This document shows, in pieces, positions 27,631-37,393 of a stretch of 64,000 nt of DNA. Source of the stretch: a bacterium. GTDB lineage: Bacteria > UBA8248. A program made the translations under genes and the position numbers. A model generated the notes under the pieces. That model had not been told where the DNA came from. It made no database searches and worked only from the letters and a program-made list of their open reading frames with translations. How positions within the stretch are numbered: the stretch's first letter is position 1; every line of letters begins with the position of its first letter. Location of the stretch: positions 1,728,001 to 1,792,000 of the forward strand of contig OZ241326.1 of assembly GCA_965199855.1 (NCBI GenBank), written 5' to 3'.

Positions 27631-28728
27631 CTATTCGGTGAGGCAGAGGCCGTGATCCGGCGTGAAGGAGAGATAGACCTTCTGACCGGGGGCGAGCTGC
27701 TCGAAATGGTCGATTTGCACGCCCACCTCGTGGGGGCCGACCCGGACTTGGCAGTCCAGAAAATTGCCCAGATAGACGGTGTCGATGACCTCGCCCTCCA
27801 TCAGGTTCGACGCCTCGGCCGGCTTTTCGACGTGAAGCAGGATGTCCTCGGGGCGGACGCTCAGGATGATTCTTCCGCCTGCGGGCGCGTCCTCGGCGCC
27901 CGTGGCCCGGAGGCGCAGGGGCGCGCTCTCCCCGCCGAGGGGAATCTCCACGTCCGCCGCGCCCCCGTCCCGGCCGAGCAGCTTTCCCTCCAGGAGGTTC
28001 GCCACTCCGATGAAGTTCGCCACGAAGGCGTTGGTCGGCTCGGCGTAGATGGTCTCCGGGTCGCCGATTTGCTGGATCACGCCCTTGTCCATCACCACCA
28101 CCCTGTCGCTCATGACGAGCGCCTCGGTCTGGTCGTGCGTGACGTAGATCGAGGTGATGCCCATGTCGTGCTGGAGGCGGGTGAGCTCGATGCGCATCTG
28201 CTCGCGCAGTTTGGCGTCAAGGTTGCTCAGGGGCTCGTCGAAGAGCACCACCTTCGGGTTATAGACGATGGCGCGGGCGAGGGCGACGCGCTGGCGCTGG
28301 CCGCCGGAGAGATTGGTGGCGTAGCGCCTGGCGAAGGGAGCCAGCCCCACGAGCCGGAGCGCCTTCGTCGTCTTCTCCTTGATGGCGGCCTTGGATTCGC
28401 GGCGGACGCGCAGGCCGTAGGCCACGTTGTCGAACACCGTCATGTGCGGCCAGACGGCGTAGCTCTGGAACACCATGCCGAGGTTTCTCTCCTCGGGCGT
28501 GAGGAAAATCTCGCCGGCTACGGAGGTGACGTAGTCACCCTCGATCCGGATGTCGCCGCTGTCGGGGTGCTCCAGGCCGGCGATGCACCGCAGCGTCGTG
28601 GTTTTTCCGCAGCCCGAGGGCCCCAGAAGGGTTACGAACTCTCCCTGCTCGACGGAGAGGTCGACGCCCGCCACGGCCACTTCGGGGCCGAACGACTTCA
28701 CCAATTCGCTGATCTCGACGAACGACAC
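27631..28728 (-). CDS. ABC transporter ATP-binding protein (PotA/FbpC-like, TOBE C terminus)
   Basis: GPSGCGKTT, LSGGQRQR, FDEPLSNLD. Confidence 0.92.
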   Translation of the reverse strand: MSFVEISELVKSFGPEVAVAGVDLSVEQGEFVTLLGPSGCGKTTTLRCIAGLEHPDSGDIRIEGDYVTSVAGEIFLTPEERNLGMVFQSYAVWPHMTVFDNVAYGLRVRRESKAAIKEKTTKALRLVGLAPFARRYATNLSGGQRQRVALARAIVYNPKVVLFDEPLSNLDAKLREQMRIELTRLQHDMGITSIYVTHDQTEALVMSDRVVVMDKGVIQQIGDPETIYAEPTNAFVANFIGVANLLEGKLLGRDGGAADVEIPLGGESAPLRLRATGAEDAPAGGRIILSVRPEDILLHVEKPAEASNLMEGEVIDTVYLGNFLDCQVRVGPHEVGVQIDHFEQLAPGQKVYLSFTPDHGLCLTE

Positions 28729-28739
28729 CCGGGAGCCTC

Positions 28740-29831
28740 CTACGGCCGGACGGCCAGCGTGTGATCGGGATCCAGACGCACATAGACCTTCTCGCCCACG
28801 CGCAGGCGTTCGCGCGCGTGCGCCAGCACCTTCCACTCGAAATCGCCCCACTTCACCCGGCAGTCGAGGCAGTTGCCCAGAAAGACGGACTGAATCACCT
28901 CGCCCTCGATGCGGGGGCCCTCCCCCGGCTCGCGCGAGGCGTCCACGTTCTCGGGGCGGACGGAGAGGTAGGCGTCGTCGCCCTCCGAGAGGCCGTCGGC
29001 GAGCAGGCATGGCAGGCGCGCGCTTTCGCCGCCCCGGGAGATTTCGATGGCGCCCTCGCCGCCGTTCGGGACGACGCGGCCCTTCGCCAGGTTCGCCACG
29101 CCGATGAAGTCGCTCACGAACCTGTTGACGGGCCGCGCGTAGATGGAATGAGGGTCGCCCGACTGCTCGATGTTCCCCTTGCTCATCACGATGATCTTGT
29201 CGCTCATCACGAGGGCTTCGGCCTGGTCGTGCGTCACGTAGACGGAGGTGATGCCGATTTCGTGCTGAATGCGCTTGAGCTCGACGCGCATCTGCTCCCT
29301 GAGCTTGAGGTCGAGGTTGCTCAGCGGCTCGTCGAAGAGCAGAAGGCGCGGCTGAAATACCATGGCGCGCGCGAGCGCCGCCCTTTGCTGCTGGCCGCCC
29401 GAGAGCTGCGTGGCCATCTTGTCCGCCATGTCGGAGAGGCCGACGATTCTCAGCGCGTCGGCGACGCGGTCGTCGATTTCAGACTGCGCGATGTCGCGTA
29501 TCTCCAGGGGATAGGCGACGTTCTGCGTCACGTTCATGTGCGGCCAGATGGCGTAGCTCTGGAACACCATGCCGATGTCGCGCTTCTCGGGAGCGACGTT
29601 GACGCGCTCGCTCACCGAGGTGACCGGCTCCTCCCCGATGCGGATCTCGCCCGCGTCCGGCTTGTGGAGGCCGGCGATGCACATGAGGGTGGTCGTCTTG
29701 CCGCAGCCCGAGGGGCCGAGCAGGGTGAGGAACTTCCCCTTGGGAATTCCGAAGGAGATGCCGTCCACGGCGCGGTCGTCGCCGAAGTATTTGATGAGGT
29801 TCTCGACTTCGAGATAGTTGGCTTCGTTCAT
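28740..29831 (-). CDS. Second ABC transporter ATP-binding protein (PotA/FbpC-like)
   Basis: GPSGCGKTT, LSGGQQQR, FDEPLSNLD. Confidence 0.92.
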   Translation of the reverse strand: MNEANYLEVENLIKYFGDDRAVDGISFGIPKGKFLTLLGPSGCGKTTTLMCIAGLHKPDAGEIRIGEEPVTSVSERVNVAPEKRDIGMVFQSYAIWPHMNVTQNVAYPLEIRDIAQSEIDDRVADALRIVGLSDMADKMATQLSGGQQQRAALARAMVFQPRLLLFDEPLSNLDLKLREQMRVELKRIQHEIGITSVYVTHDQAEALVMSDKIIVMSKGNIEQSGDPHSIYARPVNRFVSDFIGVANLAKGRVVPNGGEGAIEISRGGESARLPCLLADGLSEGDDAYLSVRPENVDASREPGEGPRIEGEVIQSVFLGNCLDCRVKWGDFEWKVLAHARERLRVGEKVYVRLDPDHTLAVRP

Positions 29832-29835
29832 CGTC

Positions 29836-31584
29836 CTACGCGGTGAGCGCCTCTTTGCCGGCGACTTTTCGGAAAATGACGACGCATGCCAGCAGCGCGA
29901 CCGTCTGCGCGATGGAAAGGGCGGACGTCATGGGCTCGTTCTCGAAGTTCGAGAGGTAATACACGCCGACGGAGAGCGTCTCCGTGCCGGCGGAGTAGAG
30001 GATGATGGAGATGGAGAGCTCCCGCAGGAAGATGACGAACAGCAGAATCCACCCGGCGAAGATGCCCGGCTTGAGAAGCGGAATGGTGATTCTTCTCAGG
30101 GTCGTGAGCCAGGAGGCGCCCGCCATGCGCGAACTCTGGTCGAGCTCCTCGGAGACGGCCATCATGATGGAGGATATGTTCCTCTGCCCGTAGGGGAAGA
30201 AGCGCGTGATGTAGCCGAGCAGGAGAATCCAGAGCGTGGCGTAGATGGGCGTCTTGATGTAGGTGACGAGAACGCCCATCGCCAGGACGATGCCGGGGAA
30301 GCCGATGGGGATGACGCTCAGAAAATCGAGCGCCCGCGCGCCGAAGCCCTTCGTGCGGTGGATCATGTAGCTCACGACGATGGCCACCACCATGGCGAGG
30401 GAGGCGCCGCCGAACGCGAGGATGAAGCTGTTGATGATGCCGTTGGTGGCCGCCTGGATGCTCTCGGGCCACCAGAAGAAGAGCACCTTCTGGTAGTTCC
30501 AGAAGGTGAGCTCCGACCAGATGATGCGCCCCGACCATATCTTGTGCAGGCTCACGAAGAAAAGGCAGACGATGGGAAGCACCACGGCGACGAACACGTA
30601 GAACAGGTTGTAGGCGAAGGCGAGCCACTTCCATCCGCCCAGGTCGATGAGGTTCGGCCGGAAGCCCTTGCCCGTGACCGTCGTGTAGGAGCGGGGCGCG
30701 ATGATTCTGTGCTGAATCCAGATGAAGAAGGCCGTCGTCGCTCCCACCACCATGCTCATGGCGGAGCCGAGGTAGTGGTTCGCGTCGTCGCCCACCGCCT
30801 TGGTGAAAATCTGCGTGGTCAGCGTCTCCCAGCCGAAGGGGGCGGAGAGCTTGAAGGGGACGCCGAACTCCCCGGCCGTCGTCACGAACACGATGATGGC
30901 GCCCGATAGAATCGCGGGCGTCACCAGGGGCAGCGTGATGGTCATGGTGGTCCGGAACAGGCCGGCGCCCGTCGTCCGCGCGCTGTCCTCGAGCGAGGGG
31001 TCCATGCGCCGGAGCGAACCCACCACGAACAGATAGACGAGGGGGGCGAAGAAGATGCCCGTCACCCAGATGACGCCCCACAGGTTGTTGACGTTGAACA
31101 GGGGGAAGGAGATGCCGAAGGCGGCCTTCGCCATGTTGTTGAGGATGCCGATTTTGGGAGAGGCCAGGTTGTGCCAGGCGATGGCGCCGACGAAGGGACT
31201 CAGGAAGAAGGGAATGAGATTGAAGGGCTCGAGCTTCTCCCTGGCCGGGCAGTTGGTTCGCGCGTTGATCCACGCGAGCGACACGCCCAGGAGCGTGGCC
31301 AGAACCGTGCAGCCCGTGCTGATGATGGCGGTGTTGATGAGCGCCTTGCGGATGACGCGGCCCTTGAATATCTCCCGGTAGTTCTCGAGGCCCCATTCGG
31401 TGTCGAAGCCCAGATCGTCGAGCACGAGAAAACTGTTGATGACGAGCGCGCAAAGGGGCAGGATGACCGCCACCGCCACGATGAGGCCGACGACGGTCGT
31501 GGTGATGTTCTCCTGCGTGAACCAGGCGCGCCAGCGGCTCGGAGGAGAAACCTCGAATCGGGGCGCGGCGGTGTCCGTGGCCAT
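29836..31584 (-). CDS. ABC transporter fused double permease (FbpB-like)
   Basis: Two EAA-like loops (LEDSARTTGA; LDQSSRMAGA); TVTGKGFRP linker. Confidence 0.9.
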   Translation of the reverse strand: MATDTAAPRFEVSPPSRWRAWFTQENITTTVVGLIVAVAVILPLCALVINSFLVLDDLGFDTEWGLENYREIFKGRVIRKALINTAIISTGCTVLATLLGVSLAWINARTNCPAREKLEPFNLIPFFLSPFVGAIAWHNLASPKIGILNNMAKAAFGISFPLFNVNNLWGVIWVTGIFFAPLVYLFVVGSLRRMDPSLEDSARTTGAGLFRTTMTITLPLVTPAILSGAIIVFVTTAGEFGVPFKLSAPFGWETLTTQIFTKAVGDDANHYLGSAMSMVVGATTAFFIWIQHRIIAPRSYTTVTGKGFRPNLIDLGGWKWLAFAYNLFYVFVAVVLPIVCLFFVSLHKIWSGRIIWSELTFWNYQKVLFFWWPESIQAATNGIINSFILAFGGASLAMVVAIVVSYMIHRTKGFGARALDFLSVIPIGFPGIVLAMGVLVTYIKTPIYATLWILLLGYITRFFPYGQRNISSIMMAVSEELDQSSRMAGASWLTTLRRITIPLLKPGIFAGWILLFVIFLRELSISIILYSAGTETLSVGVYYLSNFENEPMTSALSIAQTVALLACVVIFRKVAGKEALTA

Positions 31585-31873
31585 GGCCTTCCCGGTCCAA
31601 TCCTCGCGGCGTCGGGCGCCGCCTTCGAGGCCGCTCGTCCCCGGAGCCTGCTCGCGGGGAGAACTCCCGCTTCTGAGAACAGAAAAAAGAAAAATATAAA
31701 TGCGGCGCGTCATCGCGCCCGCGCGCCGCCCCGGGCCTTCCGGGCGTTTATCTCATACGCCCCGGCGGCGGGAGCGCCCCGCCCCGTCAATTTTCGCGCC
31801 TGACGCCTCGCCGCCGGAAAGGCGGGAGTCCGGCGAAGGACTCCCGCCCGTTCCGCGCGGCGGCGATGCCGCT

Positions 31874-32980
31874 CTACTTGAAGCGCTTGATGAAGCCCGC
31901 GCGCACCTTCTTGAACTGCTTCTGCGCGCCCACCCAGTCCTTGAGGCCCAGCAGCTTGTGCTTGCTCAGGTCGAGAAGGTAGGGACGCACCGCCGCGGGC
32001 GGCGTGTAGTTGGCGCGGAAGCTGTAGACGGCCTCGCCTTCCACGTATACGTCCGTTCCCTCCTTGGAGAGGAGGAACTCCACCAGCAGCTTGCCCGCGC
32101 TGGGGTTCGGCGCGCCCTTGAGGACGGCGGCCTGGTTGCCCAGCATGACCTGGCCTTCCTTGTAGTAGCCGATCTTGATGATCTTGGCGAGGTCGGGCTT
32201 CTTGATGACGTTCTGCCACACGCGGCCGGAAATGTTCCAGGGGTCGAGGCCGCGCTCGCAGTTGATGAGCGCCTGCATCTTCGGCTCCGTGCGGAACATG
32301 ACGACGGGCTTGGTGGCCTTGAGGTCGTCCCAGTATTTCTCCATGTTCAGGCCGTTCTCGATGAGCGAGATGACGGTGTTCGTGTAGGTGAAGCTCTTGG
32401 TGATGTCGCCGGCGATGGTCTTGCCCATCACGTTCTTGGCGATAGTGTCCTTGTAGGAGGTGATATTGACGTCCTTCATGCCCGGGCAGGCGCTGTTCCA
32501 CACCGGCTGAAAGGTGTAGGCCAGGGGCGTGACGACCCAGGGGTAGTTCGCGTACTGGCCGGCGCTTTTGATGACCGACGCGAAATTCTTGTTCCACTCG
32601 GCGCTGTCGAGCTTGTGGTAGGCGCCGCGCTTCTGGGCCGCGGCGAAGAAGCCGGGCGCGCTCACCAGATGGACGTCAACGGTGAACTTGTTGGCCCGCA
32701 TCTCCTGGCGCACCTGGGAGACGGTGGCGCCGGTGCCCTTGCGCAGGTTGCGGAAGTTGAAGCCGCTGCCGAGGCCGTATCTCTTCACGAACGCCGGCCC
32801 CAGCCGCTTGGCGGTGCGGTCGCTGAAAAGAGGGTTGAGGAGCGTGACGGCGCCCTCTTTTTTCGCCTGGCGCACGAGCGCCTCCTGGTTTTTCATCATC
32901 ATCGCGGCGGAGGCGGGCGCGCCCGACGCGAAGAGGGCGAGCGCCGCGAAGGCGGCGAAGCAACGAACGAGATGTTTCAT
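31874..32980 (-). CDS. ABC transporter extracellular solute-binding protein (FbpA/AfuA-like family)
   Basis: Sec signal peptide, AKKEG start, APNPSAGKLLVEFLLSKEG. Confidence 0.85.
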   Translation of the reverse strand: MKHLVRCFAAFAALALFASGAPASAAMMMKNQEALVRQAKKEGAVTLLNPLFSDRTAKRLGPAFVKRYGLGSGFNFRNLRKGTGATVSQVRQEMRANKFTVDVHLVSAPGFFAAAQKRGAYHKLDSAEWNKNFASVIKSAGQYANYPWVVTPLAYTFQPVWNSACPGMKDVNITSYKDTIAKNVMGKTIAGDITKSFTYTNTVISLIENGLNMEKYWDDLKATKPVVMFRTEPKMQALINCERGLDPWNISGRVWQNVIKKPDLAKIIKIGYYKEGQVMLGNQAAVLKGAPNPSAGKLLVEFLLSKEGTDVYVEGEAVYSFRANYTPPAAVRPYLLDLSKHKLLGLKDWVGAQKQFKKVRAGFIKRFK

Positions 32981-33274
32981 CGAGTTTCTCCTTATCGCTT
33001 GATAGGGCGGGGGGCAGGCCCCCCAGGTTAAAAGGCTTCGATGGTTCCGCATTGTTTCGATGATAGCCGGACGGATAGGGAAAGCGACGCCCCCGTATTT
33101 GCTATTTTCGCTTTCCCTGCCGCCTGGGAGTTTCATAAAAATAGCAGATTTTTCGCATCTGTCAATCGTCTCATCCCCCGCCGGACAGAATCCCCGGCCT
33201 CGTCTCCTCCCGCTGCGGAAGGAGGAGGGCGCGGGATGAGAGGGAGACGAGGGGCGGGCCTTTGTTGGTATTCT

Positions 33275-34558
33275 TCATTTTATCCCTTTCTCGCGCTTGA
33301 TATAGCCTTTGTCCGTCAGTCGAACCAGGAGCTCCTCATGCGTCCTGGCGCCCTTGATGGCGTTGCAACTGCCGCAGAGAAGCTGCAGGTTGCTGACATG
33401 ATCCGTTCCGCCTTTCATTCGCGGGATGATGTGGTCGATGTGAAAATGCTGCGCTTCAAAATGCGTTCCGCACCCGTTGCAGTAGCCGCCCTGTTCGCCA
33501 TAGAGGAATTTCTTGTTCTCGATGCTGTTGTATTTTGGGACAGCTCCCAGGTCCGTGCGCTTCGGGATGTCTGTTCGGTAAGTGATGCCTACGTTGAACA
33601 ACCTCAAATCTTTTCTCATTCGCTCCCGGACCAGTTTGTTCGCCATTTCGGATATGTCGATTCCAATCCATTCTCGTCCCTCGTCCTGAGCCGCGACACA
33701 GGCTGTCGCGCATCCACAAAATGGATCGAGGACTATATCGCCCTTGTTTGACGAGGCTTTGATGATGCGCTTGAGAAGGGCGAGGGGCTTCTGCGTTGGG
33801 TAGCCGGTTTTTTCGCTCGAAAAACTTTTGATCATGATGGAATCGAGCCTGTCCCCCTCATGGCAATTCCAAGTGTCTTCAATCGGAAAGCCTTTTCCCG
33901 TTGGAAGCGAGCCTCCCCGCCGACGGTATCCCGGGGGGTATGGTATGTATTCTTTGTTGAATCGCTTGTTCGCTTCCCCGGAACGAACGTAGTAAAGGAT
34001 GGCGTCGTGGTTGCGGATCCATCCTATCTTCTGCGTTTTGAAGCCGCTCACCCATCCGATTCTCCAAATGATTTCATTTCTGAAGTTCTCCTTCCCGAAA
34101 ATCGCGTCCATCAACAGTTTCAAATAATGACCGGCGGTTGGATCGCAATGGAGGTAGATGCTCCCGGTAGTCTTGATGACTCGCTTGAGCTCCACGACGC
34201 GAACGGCCATGTATATCAAATAGCTCATCATGGAATCGCTATGGACCTTCCTGACGGCGTTCAAAAGCGCGTAGAGGCCGGGATAGTCGTGCTTGATGAG
34301 TCCGTGCCAAGCGAGGTTGATGTCGGATAAACTCCACGTGTCCTTGAATGCCGCCCCCGCAGCTTCGCTCCCTATCGGAGCCGCGTAGTTGTGATTTGAA
34401 TTAAAAGGGGGATCGAGATAGACGAGATCGATACATTCGTCGTTGAATCCCCGCAGAATATCCAGACAATCGCCCGCGAACATCGTGCGAGGCTTGATGT
34501 TCAGCGTCGGGTTCGTTCGGTCGTCGTTCGCTGCATCATCTTTCGCAGGCGTTATCAT
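33275..34558 (-). CDS. Amino-DNA methyltransferase (beta order) fused to a C-terminal HNH endonuclease domain
   Basis: DLVYLDPPFN, YPTQKP, VLDPFCGCAT; C-terminal CNGC...HIDHIIP..GG...NLQLLCGSCNAIK; visibly AT-richer than flanks; start ATG 34558 or TTG 34564. Confidence 0.9.
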   Translation of the reverse strand: MITPAKDDAANDDRTNPTLNIKPRTMFAGDCLDILRGFNDECIDLVYLDPPFNSNHNYAAPIGSEAAGAAFKDTWSLSDINLAWHGLIKHDYPGLYALLNAVRKVHSDSMMSYLIYMAVRVVELKRVIKTTGSIYLHCDPTAGHYLKLLMDAIFGKENFRNEIIWRIGWVSGFKTQKIGWIRNHDAILYYVRSGEANKRFNKEYIPYPPGYRRRGGSLPTGKGFPIEDTWNCHEGDRLDSIMIKSFSSEKTGYPTQKPLALLKRIIKASSNKGDIVLDPFCGCATACVAAQDEGREWIGIDISEMANKLVRERMRKDLRLFNVGITYRTDIPKRTDLGAVPKYNSIENKKFLYGEQGGYCNGCGTHFEAQHFHIDHIIPRMKGGTDHVSNLQLLCGSCNAIKGARTHEELLVRLTDKGYIKREKGIK

Positions 34559-34938
34559 CCCCAAATCCCTGTGTCTTGCTCTGATGCGATGCGCCCTGTC
34601 CGAGAGATTGTATCAAGTGAGAGAGTATCGTGTCGCCCGGAGAAATTCATCGGACAAGGAGAGCGGGGGGGAAGATGTTCGCGCCTCGCCCGCCGCTTTC
34701 CCTGCGGGGGCAAGTTCCTTATGATGCGGAGCGCGGCCGCGGGCCTGCCGGCGTTCATGCGAATCGAACCCTGATGCGAGGCTTCGGGAGCGGGGAGGGA
34801 GGGCGTTCGCGCGCTGCGCTCCTCCGCCGAAGGAAGGCGCGCCGCATTTTCGAGCGGGGAGGCCCGGCCGCCGCGCGGAAGCCGTTGCCGACCGTCGGGT
34901 CTGTTTTCCATTTCGTAAATTGTGATCGGGGATTTTCC

Positions 34939-35781
34939 TTGAACGCGAAGCCGGGCGGCCCCTCCTCTCTCATACAAACCCATCGCCTCGAATCCCCGCC
35001 GGGCTCGTTCATGACGCATGTCTCGGTGATTCTCATCGGGGAGGGACCCTTCGTTCTTTTCGACGCGGGCTACCGCGAGTGCGTCCCCGATATGCTTTCC
35101 TGGGTGGAGGCGCGAACCGGGGGCGCGCTGGAGAGGCTTGTTCTCACCCACCATCACCTCGATCACGCAGGCGGGGCGAAGGCTGTCTGCGAGCGGTTCG
35201 GCGTCCGCGCCTGGGCGCATCCCCTGGAGATGGAATTTCTCGAAGAAGAGCAACCGGGACTCTCGGCTTCTCCGATTGAGGAGGGGGAGGCCGTCGAGCT
35301 GGGGCGGATGCGTCTCCGCGCCGTCCTGACGCCGGGGCATTCTCCCGGGCATCTTTCCTTCTGGTGGGAGGAGGATCGGATTCTTCTGGGGGGCGACAAC
35401 GTTCTCCTCCCCTCTACGACGGCGGTGGTCGCGCCGAAGGGAAACCTGGGGGATTATCTCGCCTCGCTGGAGAAGATGAAGCGGCTCGCCCCGCGCCTCA
35501 TCTATCCGGGCCACGGCCCCGTGATAGAGGATCCGCTCGGGCGGATAGAGGAGCTCCTCGAGCACCGCAGAATGCGCGACGCGCAGTATCTCGAGGCGCT
35601 CGACGCCGGCCACGATACGCCCGAGAAGATCGCCGCCCTCGTGTATCGGGATTTGCCGGAGCGCAACAGGCGCCTGGGCGCCCGCGTGATAGCGCTGCAC
35701 CTCGACAGGTTCCTGGAATCGGGCGAGGTCGCGCGCGAGGACGGACGCTATTCGCTGGCGCAGCCGCTCCGGGGAGCCTGA
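34939..35781 (+). CDS. MBL-fold metallo-hydrolase (LACTB2-like, with C-terminal winged-helix-like tail)
   Basis: LTHHHLDH, TPGHSPGH, GGDN, IYPGHGP; start uncertain (TTG 34939). Confidence 0.85.
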   Translation: MNAKPGGPSSLIQTHRLESPPGSFMTHVSVILIGEGPFVLFDAGYRECVPDMLSWVEARTGGALERLVLTHHHLDHAGGAKAVCERFGVRAWAHPLEMEFLEEEQPGLSASPIEEGEAVELGRMRLRAVLTPGHSPGHLSFWWEEDRILLGGDNVLLPSTTAVVAPKGNLGDYLASLEKMKRLAPRLIYPGHGPVIEDPLGRIEELLEHRRMRDAQYLEALDAGHDTPEKIAALVYRDLPERNRRLGARVIALHLDRFLESGEVAREDGRYSLAQPLRGA

Positions 35782-35786
35782 GGTTT

Positions 35787-36596
35787 TTGCTTACGAACTG
35801 CCATACGCTGGTTCTTCGGGAGCTGCTGGAGCGACGCCCCGACGCGCCCCCTGCCGAAGAGGATGCCTACGTCTATAACGTGGCGCCCGATTCCCTGCCG
35901 CTTTCGGGAGAATTCCGGCCCGGCCAGACCCACCGCTTCGCTCCGCCTGAGGGGGTCATGCGCCGCTTCCCTAAACTCCTGTGGGTGAAATGCCATCTCG
36001 CGGTGGACAACCTGTGCCATTACGGGAGCCTAGCCAAGACGGCGAACGGGCTTCCTCCTTCCCGAAAACGGGGCTACGCCTACGCGAAGGGCGCCGCGCT
36101 CATTCCCCTGATGCGCGCGTTCGCCGGGGAGATGGACGTCCCGACCGAGGAGGCGAGCCTGCACTATCTCGCGCACGTGCTGGTCGAAATCGCGGTGGAC
36201 TACGCCATCTATCTCGACGACAGGACGGTGGCGGAGCGGCTTCGGGACGCCCAGCTCTTGATGAGCGGGGCGCAGAAGCGCGAATACGCCGAAGGCCTGG
36301 CGGCCTTATACGGCTGCGCGCCGGAGAAGGTCGAGCGCGCGCGCGAGGCGCCCCGGAAGTTTTACGGCGACCACCACGACATCGATGAACTGTTCCTGGG
36401 CGGGCGAACGAAAATCGTACTCAGGAAGCTCGGGCTCCCCTTCAGCGGGGAGAACACGGAGAGAACCTGCCGCCTCATCGAGGAGGGCGCGCGGATGACG
36501 GGGGACTACATGGGTTTCATCGACGAATGCGTGGACGCGCTCTCGGCCTGGAAGGCGTGGGAGGGAGAGGTCGCCATAGACGGCGCGGGCGCCTGA
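35787..36596 (+). CDS. Putative zinc-dependent phospholipase C / S1-P1 nuclease-like fold protein
   Basis: N-terminal MLTNCH, NVAPD, TH, CHLAVDNLCH and AHVLVEIAVD match the Zn_dep_PLPC metal-ligand pattern. Confidence 0.6.
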   Translation: MLTNCHTLVLRELLERRPDAPPAEEDAYVYNVAPDSLPLSGEFRPGQTHRFAPPEGVMRRFPKLLWVKCHLAVDNLCHYGSLAKTANGLPPSRKRGYAYAKGAALIPLMRAFAGEMDVPTEEASLHYLAHVLVEIAVDYAIYLDDRTVAERLRDAQLLMSGAQKREYAEGLAALYGCAPEKVERAREAPRKFYGDHHDIDELFLGGRTKIVLRKLGLPFSGENTERTCRLIEEGARMTGDYMGFIDECVDALSAWKAWEGEVAIDGAGA

Positions 36597-36668
36597 TTTC
36601 GCGCCGCTTGCTTCCGCGAAAAGGGAAAAGGAAGGCGCCGACAACCCGGGACAGCGAGGGAAAACAAT

Positions 36669-36712
36669 GGATTCCGCAATCCCTCCGCGTCGGGATTGCC
36701 GCCGGAATGACG
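36669..36712 (-). repeat. CGTC-type REP-like palindrome with internal hairpin
   Basis: Reverse complement CGTCATTCCGGCGGCAATCCCGACGCGGAGGGATTGCGGAATCC; related copies at about 54025-54070 and 58965-59010. Confidence 0.65.
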
Positions 36713-36724
36713 CGCCGAAAAGAA

Positions 36725-36754
36725 AGACGGGATGAGGCTCGCCTCATCCCGTCT
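36725..36754. terminator. Hairpin between convergent genes (probable terminator)
   Basis: AGACGGGATGAGGC-tc-GCCTCATCCCGTCT, T-rich run following on the minus strand. Confidence 0.5.
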
Positions 36755-36902
36755 CCCGAAGCGAAACAGGTTTTCGCGTCGGCCCGACTTCTCCGAAGGG
36801 GCGCTTCAACGACTCCGGCTGAACGAACGGCCCATCAAGTCCTGCGGCCGCGCCGACAAATGAGCTGCTTCGCCGGCGCGGCCGGACGCTCGCTCCGCCG
36901 CT

Positions 36903-37175
36903 CTAGTTCACGGCCCCTTTCAGTCCCGCGCCCGCCTTGAACCTCGGCACCTTGGCCGCCTTCACCTCGATCACCTCTCCCGTCCTCGGATTGCGCGCCT
37001 GACGCGCCGCGCGCCTGGAGGCGCTGAAGGTGCCGAAGCCCGTGAGCGTCACCTTGTCGCCTTTCTTGAGGGCCGAGGTCACGGTCTCCACGAATGCGTT
37101 GACCACGTTCTGGGCGCCCGCCCTGCTGAGGTTGGCCTGATCCGCGATGGCTTCTACGAGTTCTCCCTTGTTCAT
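36903..37175 (-). CDS. hup: HU family DNA-binding protein
   Basis: MNKGELVEAIA, LTGFGTF, ARNPRTGE, FKAG. Confidence 0.96.
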   Translation of the reverse strand: MNKGELVEAIADQANLSRAGAQNVVNAFVETVTSALKKGDKVTLTGFGTFSASRRAARQARNPRTGEVIEVKAAKVPRFKAGAGLKGAVN

Positions 37176-37393
37176 GTTCCTGCTCTCCTCGATTCCGCGC
37201 GGCGCCCGGGCGTGGCGGCCGCGCCTGTTCGCTCATCGGACGTCTGCGTCCGAGAAGCTGAAGACGGCGGCGAAAGCCGAAAGGCAAAATGAGGTGGGGG
37301 GCGAAAAAGAACCATGAAGGGCGGAAAACCTTGTTATCTGAGAGATAATAGCCCCAAAAGCGCGCCCCGCGCAAGCGGAAAACGCGCCTTTTT

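Noticed and set aside
33041-34330. Plus-strand ORFs 33041..33751 and 33860..34330
   Set aside because: Antisense to the well-supported MTase-HNH gene; no recognisable motifs
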